Assembly: GCA_041739995.1 (NCBI GenBank)
Contig: JBGSMV010000074.1
Span: 1 to 48,774, forward strand
Direction of reading: 5' to 3'
DNA from: Bdellovibrionota bacterium
Lineage (GTDB): Bacteria; Bdellovibrionota_C; UBA2361; JBGSMV01
DNA: 48,774 nt
In this document: in pieces, positions 19,625-28,292 of the stretch
Layout of the letters: every line of letters starts with the position of its first letter
Position numbering within the stretch: position 1 is the stretch's first letter
Program-made: the position numbers and the translations under genes
Notes under the pieces: generated by a model
Told to the model about the DNA's origin: nothing
The model's database searches: none
The model's input: only the letters and a program-made list of their open reading frames with translations

Positions 19625-21298
19625 GTGTCCCTACTACAACTTTCAGCACCAAACCCGCTTCACTCTGAGGCTCAGCGTACTGATACCAACAATATCGTAC
19701 GCTTGAGCCCAAGTGTTCAAGATCGCCCGGTGCTACCGGTCGGCAAAGTACTCGAGGTGCTCGTTGCTGACAATGGGCGCATGCAGCTCGGTGTCATGAT
19801 TCAAGGACAGTTTTATCCGGCGATGTTGCCTAAGGGCTTTCAGCCCGGCGATCGACTCAACGTCCGTGTGCAGTCAAATGAGGATGCGTTGGTTCTGCGC
19901 ATTCTGATGGGATCACAGGATTCCGGGCAGATTACTAACTCCAAGCTTCCAACAACTGCCACGTTAAAGCAGCTTTTCTCGCTTCTGCTTCCTCAAGAAC
20001 GTCAATCAGATCTTGAACAGGCCGCACGAGTTCTGCACGGCGCTCGAGATCCCAGCATTCTGGCTCTACCGTCGGGAGTGCCACCTCCCGCGGGCCAGGC
20101 AGGAAAGCTTTCAAAGGGAGCGCCTGCTCTCACCGGACCCCTTGCTACAGTAATCGGCAACCTCGTCGCTCGACTTCAAGGCGAGCATGCTATTCTGGAG
20201 GAAGGGACTTTCGGAGATCAGCAACAGGTTACTCGAGTACTCACCGCATTTGCTGAGAAAAATCTTAAGGGGAGCGTGGCTGAGGCACGTCGTGCGGTTG
20301 AAACTCTTGCCGCTAAGGCGACTCAACCAGGGTCAACCGAGCGATTGGCGCGTGTACTGACCCAACATCTTGAGCATCTCTTCTCGGGCACGGAAAACCT
20401 CGGATTTGACGCGCAATCACCTACTCCGGAGGGTGCTGACGTACAAGCGAGAGTGCTATCCAACCTGCAATTGACCACAGCGCTTTCGCGCTACGCTATG
20501 TTGGGGGGAAATGCCGCTCTTCTGGAAAACGTGCGCGTGACGCTCTCCTCAGGTGCGGCCAAGCACAACCCGCTCTCGATGCTGCTGCAGGTTTTCACCG
20601 GGGGATCGTTTTCTCCACTTGGTGCGGAGAATCCTATGGGAGGAACTGATCAAGTTTCCGCCGCGCTTCGTTTGGTGCTCACTCAGTTGAGTGCCTTGCG
20701 TGAGCAAGGGGCCGACAATGTGATGGTAAGAACGCACCTTCAAAACGCGCTTCAAGTATTGAAAACAGCCTTGCCTTCTCGCCTCAGTGGAGACTTCGAA
20801 CCTCAAGCAAGTGCTACGGCTTCGCGAGCTGCCAAGACTTTGGAAACTTTGCTCTCAGGCCAAGAGGCCTTGAATCAGGTCAATCCGCTGCTGCGCACTC
20901 TTGGCGAGCCTTCGATGCTAATGATTCCGATTGTGCTGGGGACACATATTACTCCGCTGGAACTACTGCTCTATCCAGGCCGTGTAGATCCGGACGCTCA
21001 TGACGCACTAAGAAGAGAAAAGAAAGAGCCCTTTACCCGCATCGACATTCGGATCAACCTCCCCCATCTGGGTTCGCTTTCAGTGGCCGTGGCGCATCGT
21101 ACCAATGAAATGCTGGTCGCTATCACCTCGTCTTCCGAGCAAGTCTGTTCGGTCATTCAAAAGCACTTACCTGTTCTAGAAAAACGGATTCGCGAGCGAG
21201 GCGTAGAGCAAGTCGCCCTTCGTGCGGAAGTTGGAGAGACTGAGTCCCAAATTCTTCCGCGCGTAATGGCCAGGCGGAACTCGGTCGCGGTTGTGTAA
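19625..21298 (+). CDS. FliK-like (flagellar hook-length control C-terminal domain) protein
   Basis: C-terminal IRINLPHLGSLSVAV..MLVAITS..IQKHLPVLEKRI..G pattern of the FliK_C/T3S4 fold. AAGGAG SD and a sigma28-like promoter upstream. Confidence 0.65.
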   Translation: MSLLQLSAPNPLHSEAQRTDTNNIVRLSPSVQDRPVLPVGKVLEVLVADNGRMQLGVMIQGQFYPAMLPKGFQPGDRLNVRVQSNEDALVLRILMGSQDSGQITNSKLPTTATLKQLFSLLLPQERQSDLEQAARVLHGARDPSILALPSGVPPPAGQAGKLSKGAPALTGPLATVIGNLVARLQGEHAILEEGTFGDQQQVTRVLTAFAEKNLKGSVAEARRAVETLAAKATQPGSTERLARVLTQHLEHLFSGTENLGFDAQSPTPEGADVQARVLSNLQLTTALSRYAMLGGNAALLENVRVTLSSGAAKHNPLSMLLQVFTGGSFSPLGAENPMGGTDQVSAALRLVLTQLSALREQGADNVMVRTHLQNALQVLKTALPSRLSGDFEPQASATASRAAKTLETLLSGQEALNQVNPLLRTLGEPSMLMIPIVLGTHITPLELLLYPGRVDPDAHDALRREKKEPFTRIDIRINLPHLGSLSVAVAHRTNEMLVAITSSSEQVCSVIQKHLPVLEKRIRERGVEQVALRAEVGETESQILPRVMARRNSVAVV

Positions 21299-21388
21299 AC
21301 GCCTCGATGGCAGCTAACATCTTGATTGTGCTGTAGATCTCTCGGGCGCTGGCCTGAAATTCGACCTCCTTAAAACCCTCCCGCAAAT

Positions 21389-21416
21389 TTAAGAAAATCC
21401 AGTAGGGCGCCGATAA
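21389..21416 (+). promoter_or_regulatory. Putative sigma28 (FliA) promoter
   Basis: TTAAG-N15-GCCGATAA; perfect -10 element and canonical spacing. Confidence 0.65.
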
Positions 21417-21465
21417 AATAGAGGAATAAGGCACACGTATTTTTTGTGCCTAGGGCGGGACGAGC

Positions 21466-23340
21466 ATGGGACTAGGAACTATCAGCGAGTTAGAGACCGG
21501 GGCGACATTTGCCGACCGCTACGCGCTTGAACGTCTGCTCGGGTCCGGCGGTATGGGCAAGGTGTACCTCGTTTCCGATTCTATGCTCCCCGGCGAGAAG
21601 GTAGCGCTTAAGGTTCTAAACCTAGAACTAGGTTCCCAAGATGCGCTGATTCAGAGATTCTTACGCGAAGTACAACTCACCAGACGAGTGACTCACCGCA
21701 ACGTGGTGCGAACTTTCGATGTAGGAAATTCTGCCGGACGACTCTATTTTACGATGGAAGTCATCGAGGGCCAGACTCTTAGGGAGCTCGTCGGTGGACA
21801 GCCTCTTCCTATCGAAGAAGCGCTGCGGTTTCTCCAGCAACTATGCTACGGACTGGCAGCGATTCATCATCACGATATCGTACATCGTGACCTTAAGAGT
21901 TCCAATGTTATCGCAACGCCCGACGGCATTCTAAAAATCACTGATTTCGGTGTTGCTCGCCCAGGGGCTTCCGAGCTCACTGGGTCAGATGAGCTTCTGG
22001 GAAGCGCCACTCACATTGCACCCGAAACATGGAAGAGCGGAGAGGCAACGCATCTCTCCGACATCTATGCACTCGGCGTCATCGCTTATGAAATGGTGAC
22101 CGGAATTCTTCCTTTTGATGGACGCACGCCGCATGAGCTGATGTTTAAGCATCTGAAGCTCGCGCCAGTTCCTCCAGTCGAGATCAATCCCGAGGTGCCA
22201 CGTTGGCTAGATTCCCTCATTATCCGCATGCTTGATAAAGATCCGAGCATGCGGCCGGCATCCGCTGAAGCAGTGGTACGCGAAGCGACTACGCGGATGC
22301 GAAAGAGCACCGTGGAAGACGTTCGCGCACTCTCCTTTGAGCAGGAGGTCGACACCCCGTTTGGTAATGAAGGTCCAATGCTTGAAAGTGGAGAAGTGTA
22401 CTCTGCTGCTCACACTAGCGACGAACTTGAGGGACCCAATACCGTAGAACTTTCCTTTGTCGATCGAGTGCGTTTTACGATTGAGCCCACACCGCTGGAG
22501 GCCGACCAGCAGCTCGCTGAGCAGCGCTTGGCAGCACCTGAATCTCTGGGAACCGGGCTTGAGTGGTGGTTCGAGGCACGAAGGGGTTTGGGTGCGATTG
22601 CTATTTTCGCTGCGATATCTGCGCTAGCCCTCGTTCTCGCATTAGGCGCTCCCGTCGAGTGGACATGGGGCATTAAGCAATTAAGCGCAGAGCCGCCAGC
22701 GTTTGTGATCAGTGCGCTACTTACATTAGTAGTTATCTGGCTTGTGGTCGCGGCACCCTTTCTTGCTGCCACCTGGGTCACGGAAGCATCAAGACGTACC
22801 GTACTGAGTGTGATCGCGGTATGTGCGATTCCGATTATAGGGCTCGCTCTCTATAGCTTTGGGTACCTGGTCTCTTGGAGCGCTCATAATGAGGGGAAGA
22901 ACACATTAGGAGTTATGGCGAATGCAATCGCTCTGACTGCTCAGCTGCTGGGCTTGAGTATTTCAGCGCCGCTTCAAGCACATAGTTTCATCGTTGCTCA
23001 GGTTGGACCACTGTTGCAGCTTATCCCCTCTGGGATAAAATTGTGGGGTGGCGCAATCCCGGCACTCATTGCACCTGGTGCACTGATTGTATGCACCAGG
23101 ATAGCTCTAGGGCTGATTCTAGAGAGCAAGGACACATCAAAGGCATGGTATCTCACCGCTATAGCCTGGGCACCGCTGTTGCTGGTTTCACTCTTGATTC
23201 GATTTCATGTGGTGAACCCGACTGAGTTCTCCCTTTCGCTCGGACTGGTAAGTTTCCAGACTAACTGGCTTGGGGTATCAACATTCGGAATGTGCTGGTC
23301 CCTGATATTGTTTAGCCTCGGGCGACCGCTGCCTCGATGA
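21466..23340 (+). CDS. Hanks-type Ser/Thr protein kinase with polytopic membrane C-terminus
   Basis: LGSGGMGKVY, VALK, HRDLKSSN, DFG, APE and SDIYALG motifs; multiple hydrophobic helices after ~aa 375. Confidence 0.93.
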   Translation: MGLGTISELETGATFADRYALERLLGSGGMGKVYLVSDSMLPGEKVALKVLNLELGSQDALIQRFLREVQLTRRVTHRNVVRTFDVGNSAGRLYFTMEVIEGQTLRELVGGQPLPIEEALRFLQQLCYGLAAIHHHDIVHRDLKSSNVIATPDGILKITDFGVARPGASELTGSDELLGSATHIAPETWKSGEATHLSDIYALGVIAYEMVTGILPFDGRTPHELMFKHLKLAPVPPVEINPEVPRWLDSLIIRMLDKDPSMRPASAEAVVREATTRMRKSTVEDVRALSFEQEVDTPFGNEGPMLESGEVYSAAHTSDELEGPNTVELSFVDRVRFTIEPTPLEADQQLAEQRLAAPESLGTGLEWWFEARRGLGAIAIFAAISALALVLALGAPVEWTWGIKQLSAEPPAFVISALLTLVVIWLVVAAPFLAATWVTEASRRTVLSVIAVCAIPIIGLALYSFGYLVSWSAHNEGKNTLGVMANAIALTAQLLGLSISAPLQAHSFIVAQVGPLLQLIPSGIKLWGGAIPALIAPGALIVCTRIALGLILESKDTSKAWYLTAIAWAPLLLVSLLIRFHVVNPTEFSLSLGLVSFQTNWLGVSTFGMCWSLILFSLGRPLPR

Positions 23341-24460
23341 GCTGATTCGCACTCGCTTCGCCACAGTGCCACTGTGCTTCAAGACACTTCACTCGCCGTA
23401 AATACAAGTGCAAATCGAATTCATGGGTGAATCCGATTCCGCCATGCAACTGAATTGCCCCTTCAAGAACCTCTGGTCCGAGACTAAGCGCCCGTTGAAG
23501 CGCGGCAAGACTTGCCATCCCGAATTGCTCCGGTGACGCAGTCGCGCTCCATGAAGCAAAACGAGTCAGTGCTGCGACAGACTCACTACTGACGTACATA
23601 TCAGCAAGGCGCTGCTGGACGGCTTGGAAACCTCCCACGGGGACGCCAAATTGCTCGCGAGTCTTCACGTACTCGACCGTCATTTCAATTGCCCGACTAA
23701 GGCATCCTGAAATTTCAGATGCGATCAATGTTTGAGCCATGCGAGTTATTGTGAGGGATGCGACTGGCGAAAGCTCGAATAGCTTAGACTTGTCACACGA
23801 CAACTTGCAGGCACTGACGGTATGGTCAATCAAGGGAATTGCCGAAAGAGCGTTCTCCTCAAGCGCGACAAATCCCACCCGAAGTGTCGCCGGATCAATT
23901 ACCAGCGCTACTTGAGATGAGCTGGCCCACGGCACGATTGGAATTTCTATTTGAGAAGCTGCTTCCGGCCGCTCGCCCGTAGTTTTGGACTTCCTAGACG
24001 AGGCCAGTGGTGATGATGCACTGAATACATCCGAGAGTACCGCAATCGTTGCTCGCCCCTCACCGGAGATAAGGCGCTCACCTATCTGGGCGCCGAGGTT
24101 CTTTGATATAAGCTTCCTAGAAGTATCGTCGAGGACTTGTTGCCACAGATACGGACCAGCAAAGACTGTTTCCCAAAAGCCTTCTGGTACGAGCGCGCGG
24201 CCACATTCGTGTGCCACAATCGCAAGAGTCCCAAATGGAGGTCGATCCTCTAGTGCCTCAGTAGCGAAGCTCTCTCGAACTCCCAAAGATTCAAGCTGCT
24301 CCCAGAGCTGAGTCTTTAGGCTTAGGGAGTTTGTAGAAGAAGCGCCAGACGCTACTGAAAGCCTTGAAGCTCGCCTGAGTTCAGACGAAACGGCGTCCGT
24401 CAGAAAATCGCGGAGCGTCTCTTGAAACTCGACTTGCTCCTGCGAGAGTGGAAACGCCAT
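23312..24460 (-). CDS. Acyl-CoA dehydrogenase family protein, probably the non-catalytic subunit type
   Basis: LSQEQVEFQ N-terminus, YVKTREQFGVPVGGFQAVQQRLADM and IQLHGGIGFT. No IYEG-type Glu motif near the C-terminus. Confidence 0.88.
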   Translation of the reverse strand: MAFPLSQEQVEFQETLRDFLTDAVSSELRRASRLSVASGASSTNSLSLKTQLWEQLESLGVRESFATEALEDRPPFGTLAIVAHECGRALVPEGFWETVFAGPYLWQQVLDDTSRKLISKNLGAQIGERLISGEGRATIAVLSDVFSASSPLASSRKSKTTGERPEAASQIEIPIVPWASSSQVALVIDPATLRVGFVALEENALSAIPLIDHTVSACKLSCDKSKLFELSPVASLTITRMAQTLIASEISGCLSRAIEMTVEYVKTREQFGVPVGGFQAVQQRLADMYVSSESVAALTRFASWSATASPEQFGMASLAALQRALSLGPEVLEGAIQLHGGIGFTHEFDLHLYLRRVKCLEAQWHCGEASANQLIEAAVARG

Positions 24461-24496
24461 GGACTTCCCCTAGATTCCCTAAAATACGGACTGCTC

Positions 24497-24820
24497 TTAG
24501 ATCAAGCCCAGCATTGCCTTTACTTCATCAGACGGTTGCCAAGGCGGTGAGAACACCACGATCACGTCAACACCTTGCACTCCCTCGACTGCCCCAACTT
24601 TGGTTTTTACCTGATCGAGCAGCATTGGCCCTGCAGGGCACATCGGAGAAGTAAAAGTCATCTCGATATCGACGCTATTGTCGTCATTGATATCAATTGA
24701 ATAAACGAGCCCCAAGAACCAAATATCAATGAAAAGCTCAGGATCTTCGACGGTCTTAAGCGCTTCAATAATCTGCTCTTTGTTCACTAACGACTTTGTT
24801 TCCATATCTGCTGTTTCCAT
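24497..24820 (-). CDS. DUF59/SufT/PaaD-like metal-sulfur cluster assembly factor
   Basis: VEDPEL..LGLVY..MTFTSPMCP..FSPPW. Confidence 0.92.
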   Translation of the reverse strand: METADMETKSLVNKEQIIEALKTVEDPELFIDIWFLGLVYSIDINDDNSVDIEMTFTSPMCPAGPMLLDQVKTKVGAVEGVQGVDVIVVFSPPWQPSDEVKAMLGLI

Positions 24821-24933
24821 AAAGAAGCTAATAGCACGAAGGGCGTTCTATGTTCCAGGGAGAGAGGGCGCCCATGCTCCTCTGTGCCTATAACAACTGA
24901 TATATCTAGGAAAACTACTCTAAAAAGCTAAAT

Positions 24934-25145
24934 CTTAGTGATCTTGGCGTTCTTAGTGGTGCAAACAAACTCTAGGAATTGGGCTGAATTTGATTAAAAC
25001 ACGAAGAGCACAAAGCTAGAAACACGCGTTACTCAGAAGGGCTCTAGTGTGCGGAGTCAGAAATTCATTTGAGTATCTTTCTCGCTGAACTCCTTGTGTA
25101 ATTCATTAAATATATTCACAAAGAGAGCAGCGGGCTCTGCGAGAA
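24934..25145. repeat. Cluster of degenerate 9-bp-period repeats and long imperfect inverted repeats (REP/MITE-like)
   Basis: CTTAGTGAT-CTTGGCGTT-CTTAGTGGT (24934-24960), inverted AACACGAAG-AGCACAAAG (24998-25015), and an imperfect hairpin 25079-25145. Confidence 0.5.
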
Positions 25146-25286
25146 TTATTCATCGAACTCTTAACTCAGGACACTAGATAAACAAGGAGCATGGTGAACA
25201 GAACGAGAAGTGAGGCGACCGATTCCCCTCTCTTGCAGAACTCCCCGCGACTAGCATAAGAGTGACAAGAACCCCTGATAACCTCA

Positions 25287-25835
25287 ATGTATACACAGCT
25301 TGAAACCTTGCTTGCTCGCTACCAACCCTCTCACCCAGAAGACGGTGCTGCGTTGGTACGCATGCGTGAAGTTTTAGGACATGAAACTAAGTGCTTCGAC
25401 CGGCACTGCATGCCCGCACACTTTACTGCCTCGGCCTGGGTGCTCAGTCATTGTGGCCAGAACGTGGCGCTAGTGCATCATAAGAAACTAGAAAAATGGC
25501 TTCAGCCCGGCGGTCATGCCGATGGGAATCCGAATATGCTCGCCGTCGCCCTCAAAGAGTTAAGCGAAGAGTGTGGCGTTACCACCGTTTCTATTTTGCC
25601 CGGTATCTTCGACCTTGATGTGCACATAATTCCCGCCTTCGGGGATACCCCGTCGCACGAGCATCTTGATGTGCGTTTTGCGATGCGTCTCAATGGGCCA
25701 TGCGCGCTGAGCTGTTCTACTGAATCGCACCAAGTAGATTGGGTTCGTCTTGCCACGCTTGAGAAGTTCTCGTGCGAAGCCTCAATTCTGCGAATGCGTG
25801 CGAAGTCGAGCGCGACAAAGCCGTTAACTACGTGA
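25287..25835 (+). CDS. Nudix hydrolase
   Basis: HFTASAWV, WLQPGGHADG..ALKELSEECG Nudix box, DLDVH and HEHLDVRF. Confidence 0.93.
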   Translation: MYTQLETLLARYQPSHPEDGAALVRMREVLGHETKCFDRHCMPAHFTASAWVLSHCGQNVALVHHKKLEKWLQPGGHADGNPNMLAVALKELSEECGVTTVSILPGIFDLDVHIIPAFGDTPSHEHLDVRFAMRLNGPCALSCSTESHQVDWVRLATLEKFSCEASILRMRAKSSATKPLTT

Positions 25836-26732
25836 AATTGTAAAATCGATAGTTTTAGCCAAAGTCTCATTCAACAAAAGCTCAGCCCGATACACTCCGA
25901 TCGGCCAATCCTGCGGTGCGGACATTTGGGAGACAAGGAAGTCTACGTCTGTGACGTCGCCTTGGAGATCCAAGAGCGAAACGTTATTGCCAGCCGCCGT
26001 GGTAACTGCAGTGAAACGCCAGCGAGCTTTCCCGGTAAACTTAGAACCCAAGTCGGCGCGGAAATGAATTCTTCTGTCACTAGGAACAAACTGCAAGCGT
26101 TGCTGCCCCGGCTTTCCTCTTCCGTCATCGCTCAGCATGGTGATTGAAGTGATGGAGGGCAAAGCGCTTGTCGTGGCAACCTCAACGCCGACGATATAAT
26201 CAAGCATTCGAAGTGGTTGTTCATTCACAGAAATTGTCGCGCGGTAGCGACCTGTCGGCCAATCACGAGGAAGCACTACCTTTCCATTCAGCAGCACTTC
26301 TTTGGTATCTGTAGGAACAGGGAATCGCTGTTCGCTTGTGGCGATGCGTCGATGAGTGCCCACGCTGGTTTCGAGTGCTTCAAAGTCCCAGCGAACAAGT
26401 ACAGGGTCGGACCTGGCCTCAAGCCCCTTTACCCCAACTTCAAAGTGCTGTGCGCGATCTTCTGGAGCGAACTGAGCAACAGCAACTCCAGGGCTACCTC
26501 TGCCATCATCTCGGCGGAAAACAGTAACCGTGACGACGGGAGCAATGGCTGACACACTTGGCACGGGAGAGACCGCGGCGAGGTTCGGACTGACCGCGAC
26601 CTGTTCAGGGGCCTGCGAGTGCTGCGCGTTGGCGGTGCGACAGAGCGCAACGCTCAAGAAAGTTGCGATTGCTCCGCATGCGAGCAGGAATACTCGCAAT
26701 TTGGAAACTTTGAGAAGTTCGGAAGTTGTCAT
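25824..26732 (-). CDS. Secreted hypothetical protein with two homologous Ig-like domains
   Basis: Signal peptide ending ANA; DDGRGxPG..FxPxDR..PxDWPxGxYR occurs twice. The start is uncertain (ORF track gives 26756). Confidence 0.7.
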   Translation of the reverse strand: MTTSELLKVSKLRVFLLACGAIATFLSVALCRTANAQHSQAPEQVAVSPNLAAVSPVPSVSAIAPVVTVTVFRRDDGRGSPGVAVAQFAPEDRAQHFEVGVKGLEARSDPVLVRWDFEALETSVGTHRRIATSEQRFPVPTDTKEVLLNGKVVLPRDWPTGRYRATISVNEQPLRMLDYIVGVEVATTSALPSITSITMLSDDGRGKPGQQRLQFVPSDRRIHFRADLGSKFTGKARWRFTAVTTAAGNNVSLLDLQGDVTDVDFLVSQMSAPQDWPIGVYRAELLLNETLAKTIDFTISRS

Positions 26733-26841
26733 AGGTACGAATGATTGACGACGCACTCTGGCGCGTCAAGTCAGTGAAATTCAGCCGTAGAGTGGGCCCA
26801 GGAGTGCCTCTGATCGAGCGTAGATAGAGCAAGAGCTTATC

Positions 26842-28080
26842 TTAGTTCAAGGCGGCCAGCAGCGATGCACCGGTAACCGGGGACGAAAGCACAGCGTCCG
26901 CCCCTCGTTCCCTCGCAAAACGCTCTGATTCTGGATCGGGTGCGGTGGCTAGAATTCTGCCTCCTTGGGCATGAACCTGGGCGCACACTTCATCCGACAC
27001 CTCATGCATTGATTCAGCTGAGAGAAGCACGGTATCGAAGGAAGCCTGCCCTAGCTTGGTTACAAGCTCCTTGGCGTCATTGACCCGTTCAACGCAGGCA
27101 CCCCAGGCTTCGAGTAACGCACAGGTGGCCACGCTGGCCGAGTCCGAGTCTGAGAATACCGCTACCCGTCGACCTTGTGCTGCCGCCGTGCGAGTACTCG
27201 GTACGGGAACCCCAGACTGAGCGCTGGCGCCAGTCTTCACCGTAAGTTCTTGCCCCTTAGGAAGGATGACAGAAAATGAACTTCCCGTTCCTGGTACACT
27301 CTCGGCGAAGATGACGCCGCCGTTGAGTTCCATTAGAGCTTTGCAAACTGAGAGGCCTATACCAATGCCCCGCTCTTCCGAATGATGCGGCTGGTTGGAA
27401 ACATACGGCTCAAATATTCTTTCTAAGTTCTCAGGTTTGATGCCTACACCGGTGTCAGAAACCTGAACGGCGATGTACGACTCTTCGTGTACCGCGCAGC
27501 GCAACTTCACATTTCCGCCAGATCCTGCGTAGCGCAGCGCATTTTGCAACAAATTAAAGAGCACCTGCTTGAGGTGCAGCGGGTCTACTTTGGCTATCAG
27601 CGCATCTTCGCTGTATTCAAGTTGAAGTCGAATGCCACGCCGCTGGGCTGAAGGCTCCACGAGGCCATACAGACTATCAAGTACTTGCTTCACATCGACC
27701 GGCGAAATTTTTGGTTCTATACGCCCGCCGTCGACGCGACTTAAATCGAGGAAGTCGCCGACTAGACGCAGCACGTGGCTACTGAATTCCCTTATGAGAC
27801 CAAGGCAGCGGCGCTGATCGGTAGGAAGCAGATGTCCTGCCATGAGCTCTAGTGCTTCAGCGGAACACACAATTGCGCTTAACGGATTTTTAACTTCGTG
27901 TGCAAGCTCGTCGGCAAGTCGACCGCGACGTATGAGGATCTGCTCTGTATCTCGAAGAAGTCTCTGTGCGTGGTCGAGCTCTGAAAGTAATCTGCGTTCA
28001 ATGCTTTTCGCACGCCACAGTGTAAAGCCACACACTCCCGCGAACAGCACACAACCTGCAGCCCCAAGTTCAAACAACAT
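26842..28080 (-). CDS. Hybrid-type histidine kinase with degenerate receiver domain
   Basis: Single TM; H-box LAHEVKNPL, N-box NLLQNA, DTGVG, GIGIGL; C-terminal receiver fold lacking the phospho-Asp. The start is uncertain (ORF track gives 28179). Confidence 0.88.
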   Translation of the reverse strand: MLFELGAAGCVLFAGVCGFTLWRAKSIERRLLSELDHAQRLLRDTEQILIRRGRLADELAHEVKNPLSAIVCSAEALELMAGHLLPTDQRRCLGLIREFSSHVLRLVGDFLDLSRVDGGRIEPKISPVDVKQVLDSLYGLVEPSAQRRGIRLQLEYSEDALIAKVDPLHLKQVLFNLLQNALRYAGSGGNVKLRCAVHEESYIAVQVSDTGVGIKPENLERIFEPYVSNQPHHSEERGIGIGLSVCKALMELNGGVIFAESVPGTGSSFSVILPKGQELTVKTGASAQSGVPVPSTRTAAAQGRRVAVFSDSDSASVATCALLEAWGACVERVNDAKELVTKLGQASFDTVLLSAESMHEVSDEVCAQVHAQGGRILATAPDPESERFARERGADAVLSSPVTGASLLAALN

Positions 28081-28292
28081 AGCTAAAACCTTCTCTTTCG
28101 AATTTTCGACTTTTCGGTCGATTTCGGAGTAACAAGAGAAATTATTCCCTGAAAACCCTGAATGTGTGCGTGGGGGCAAAGCAACTTTGACGAAGGGAAA
28201 CCTCGACCTGCGGACGAATCACCTCTCCCAAGCGTCATTCGAGCGAACACGCACTCACCTATAGAGAAGTATCGACAGGGCTAGGACGCGCC

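Noticed and set aside
25191..25259. 22-codon ORF after AAGGAG upstream of the Nudix gene
   Set aside because: SD-to-start spacing is too short, the peptide is featureless, and it overlaps a decayed repeat.
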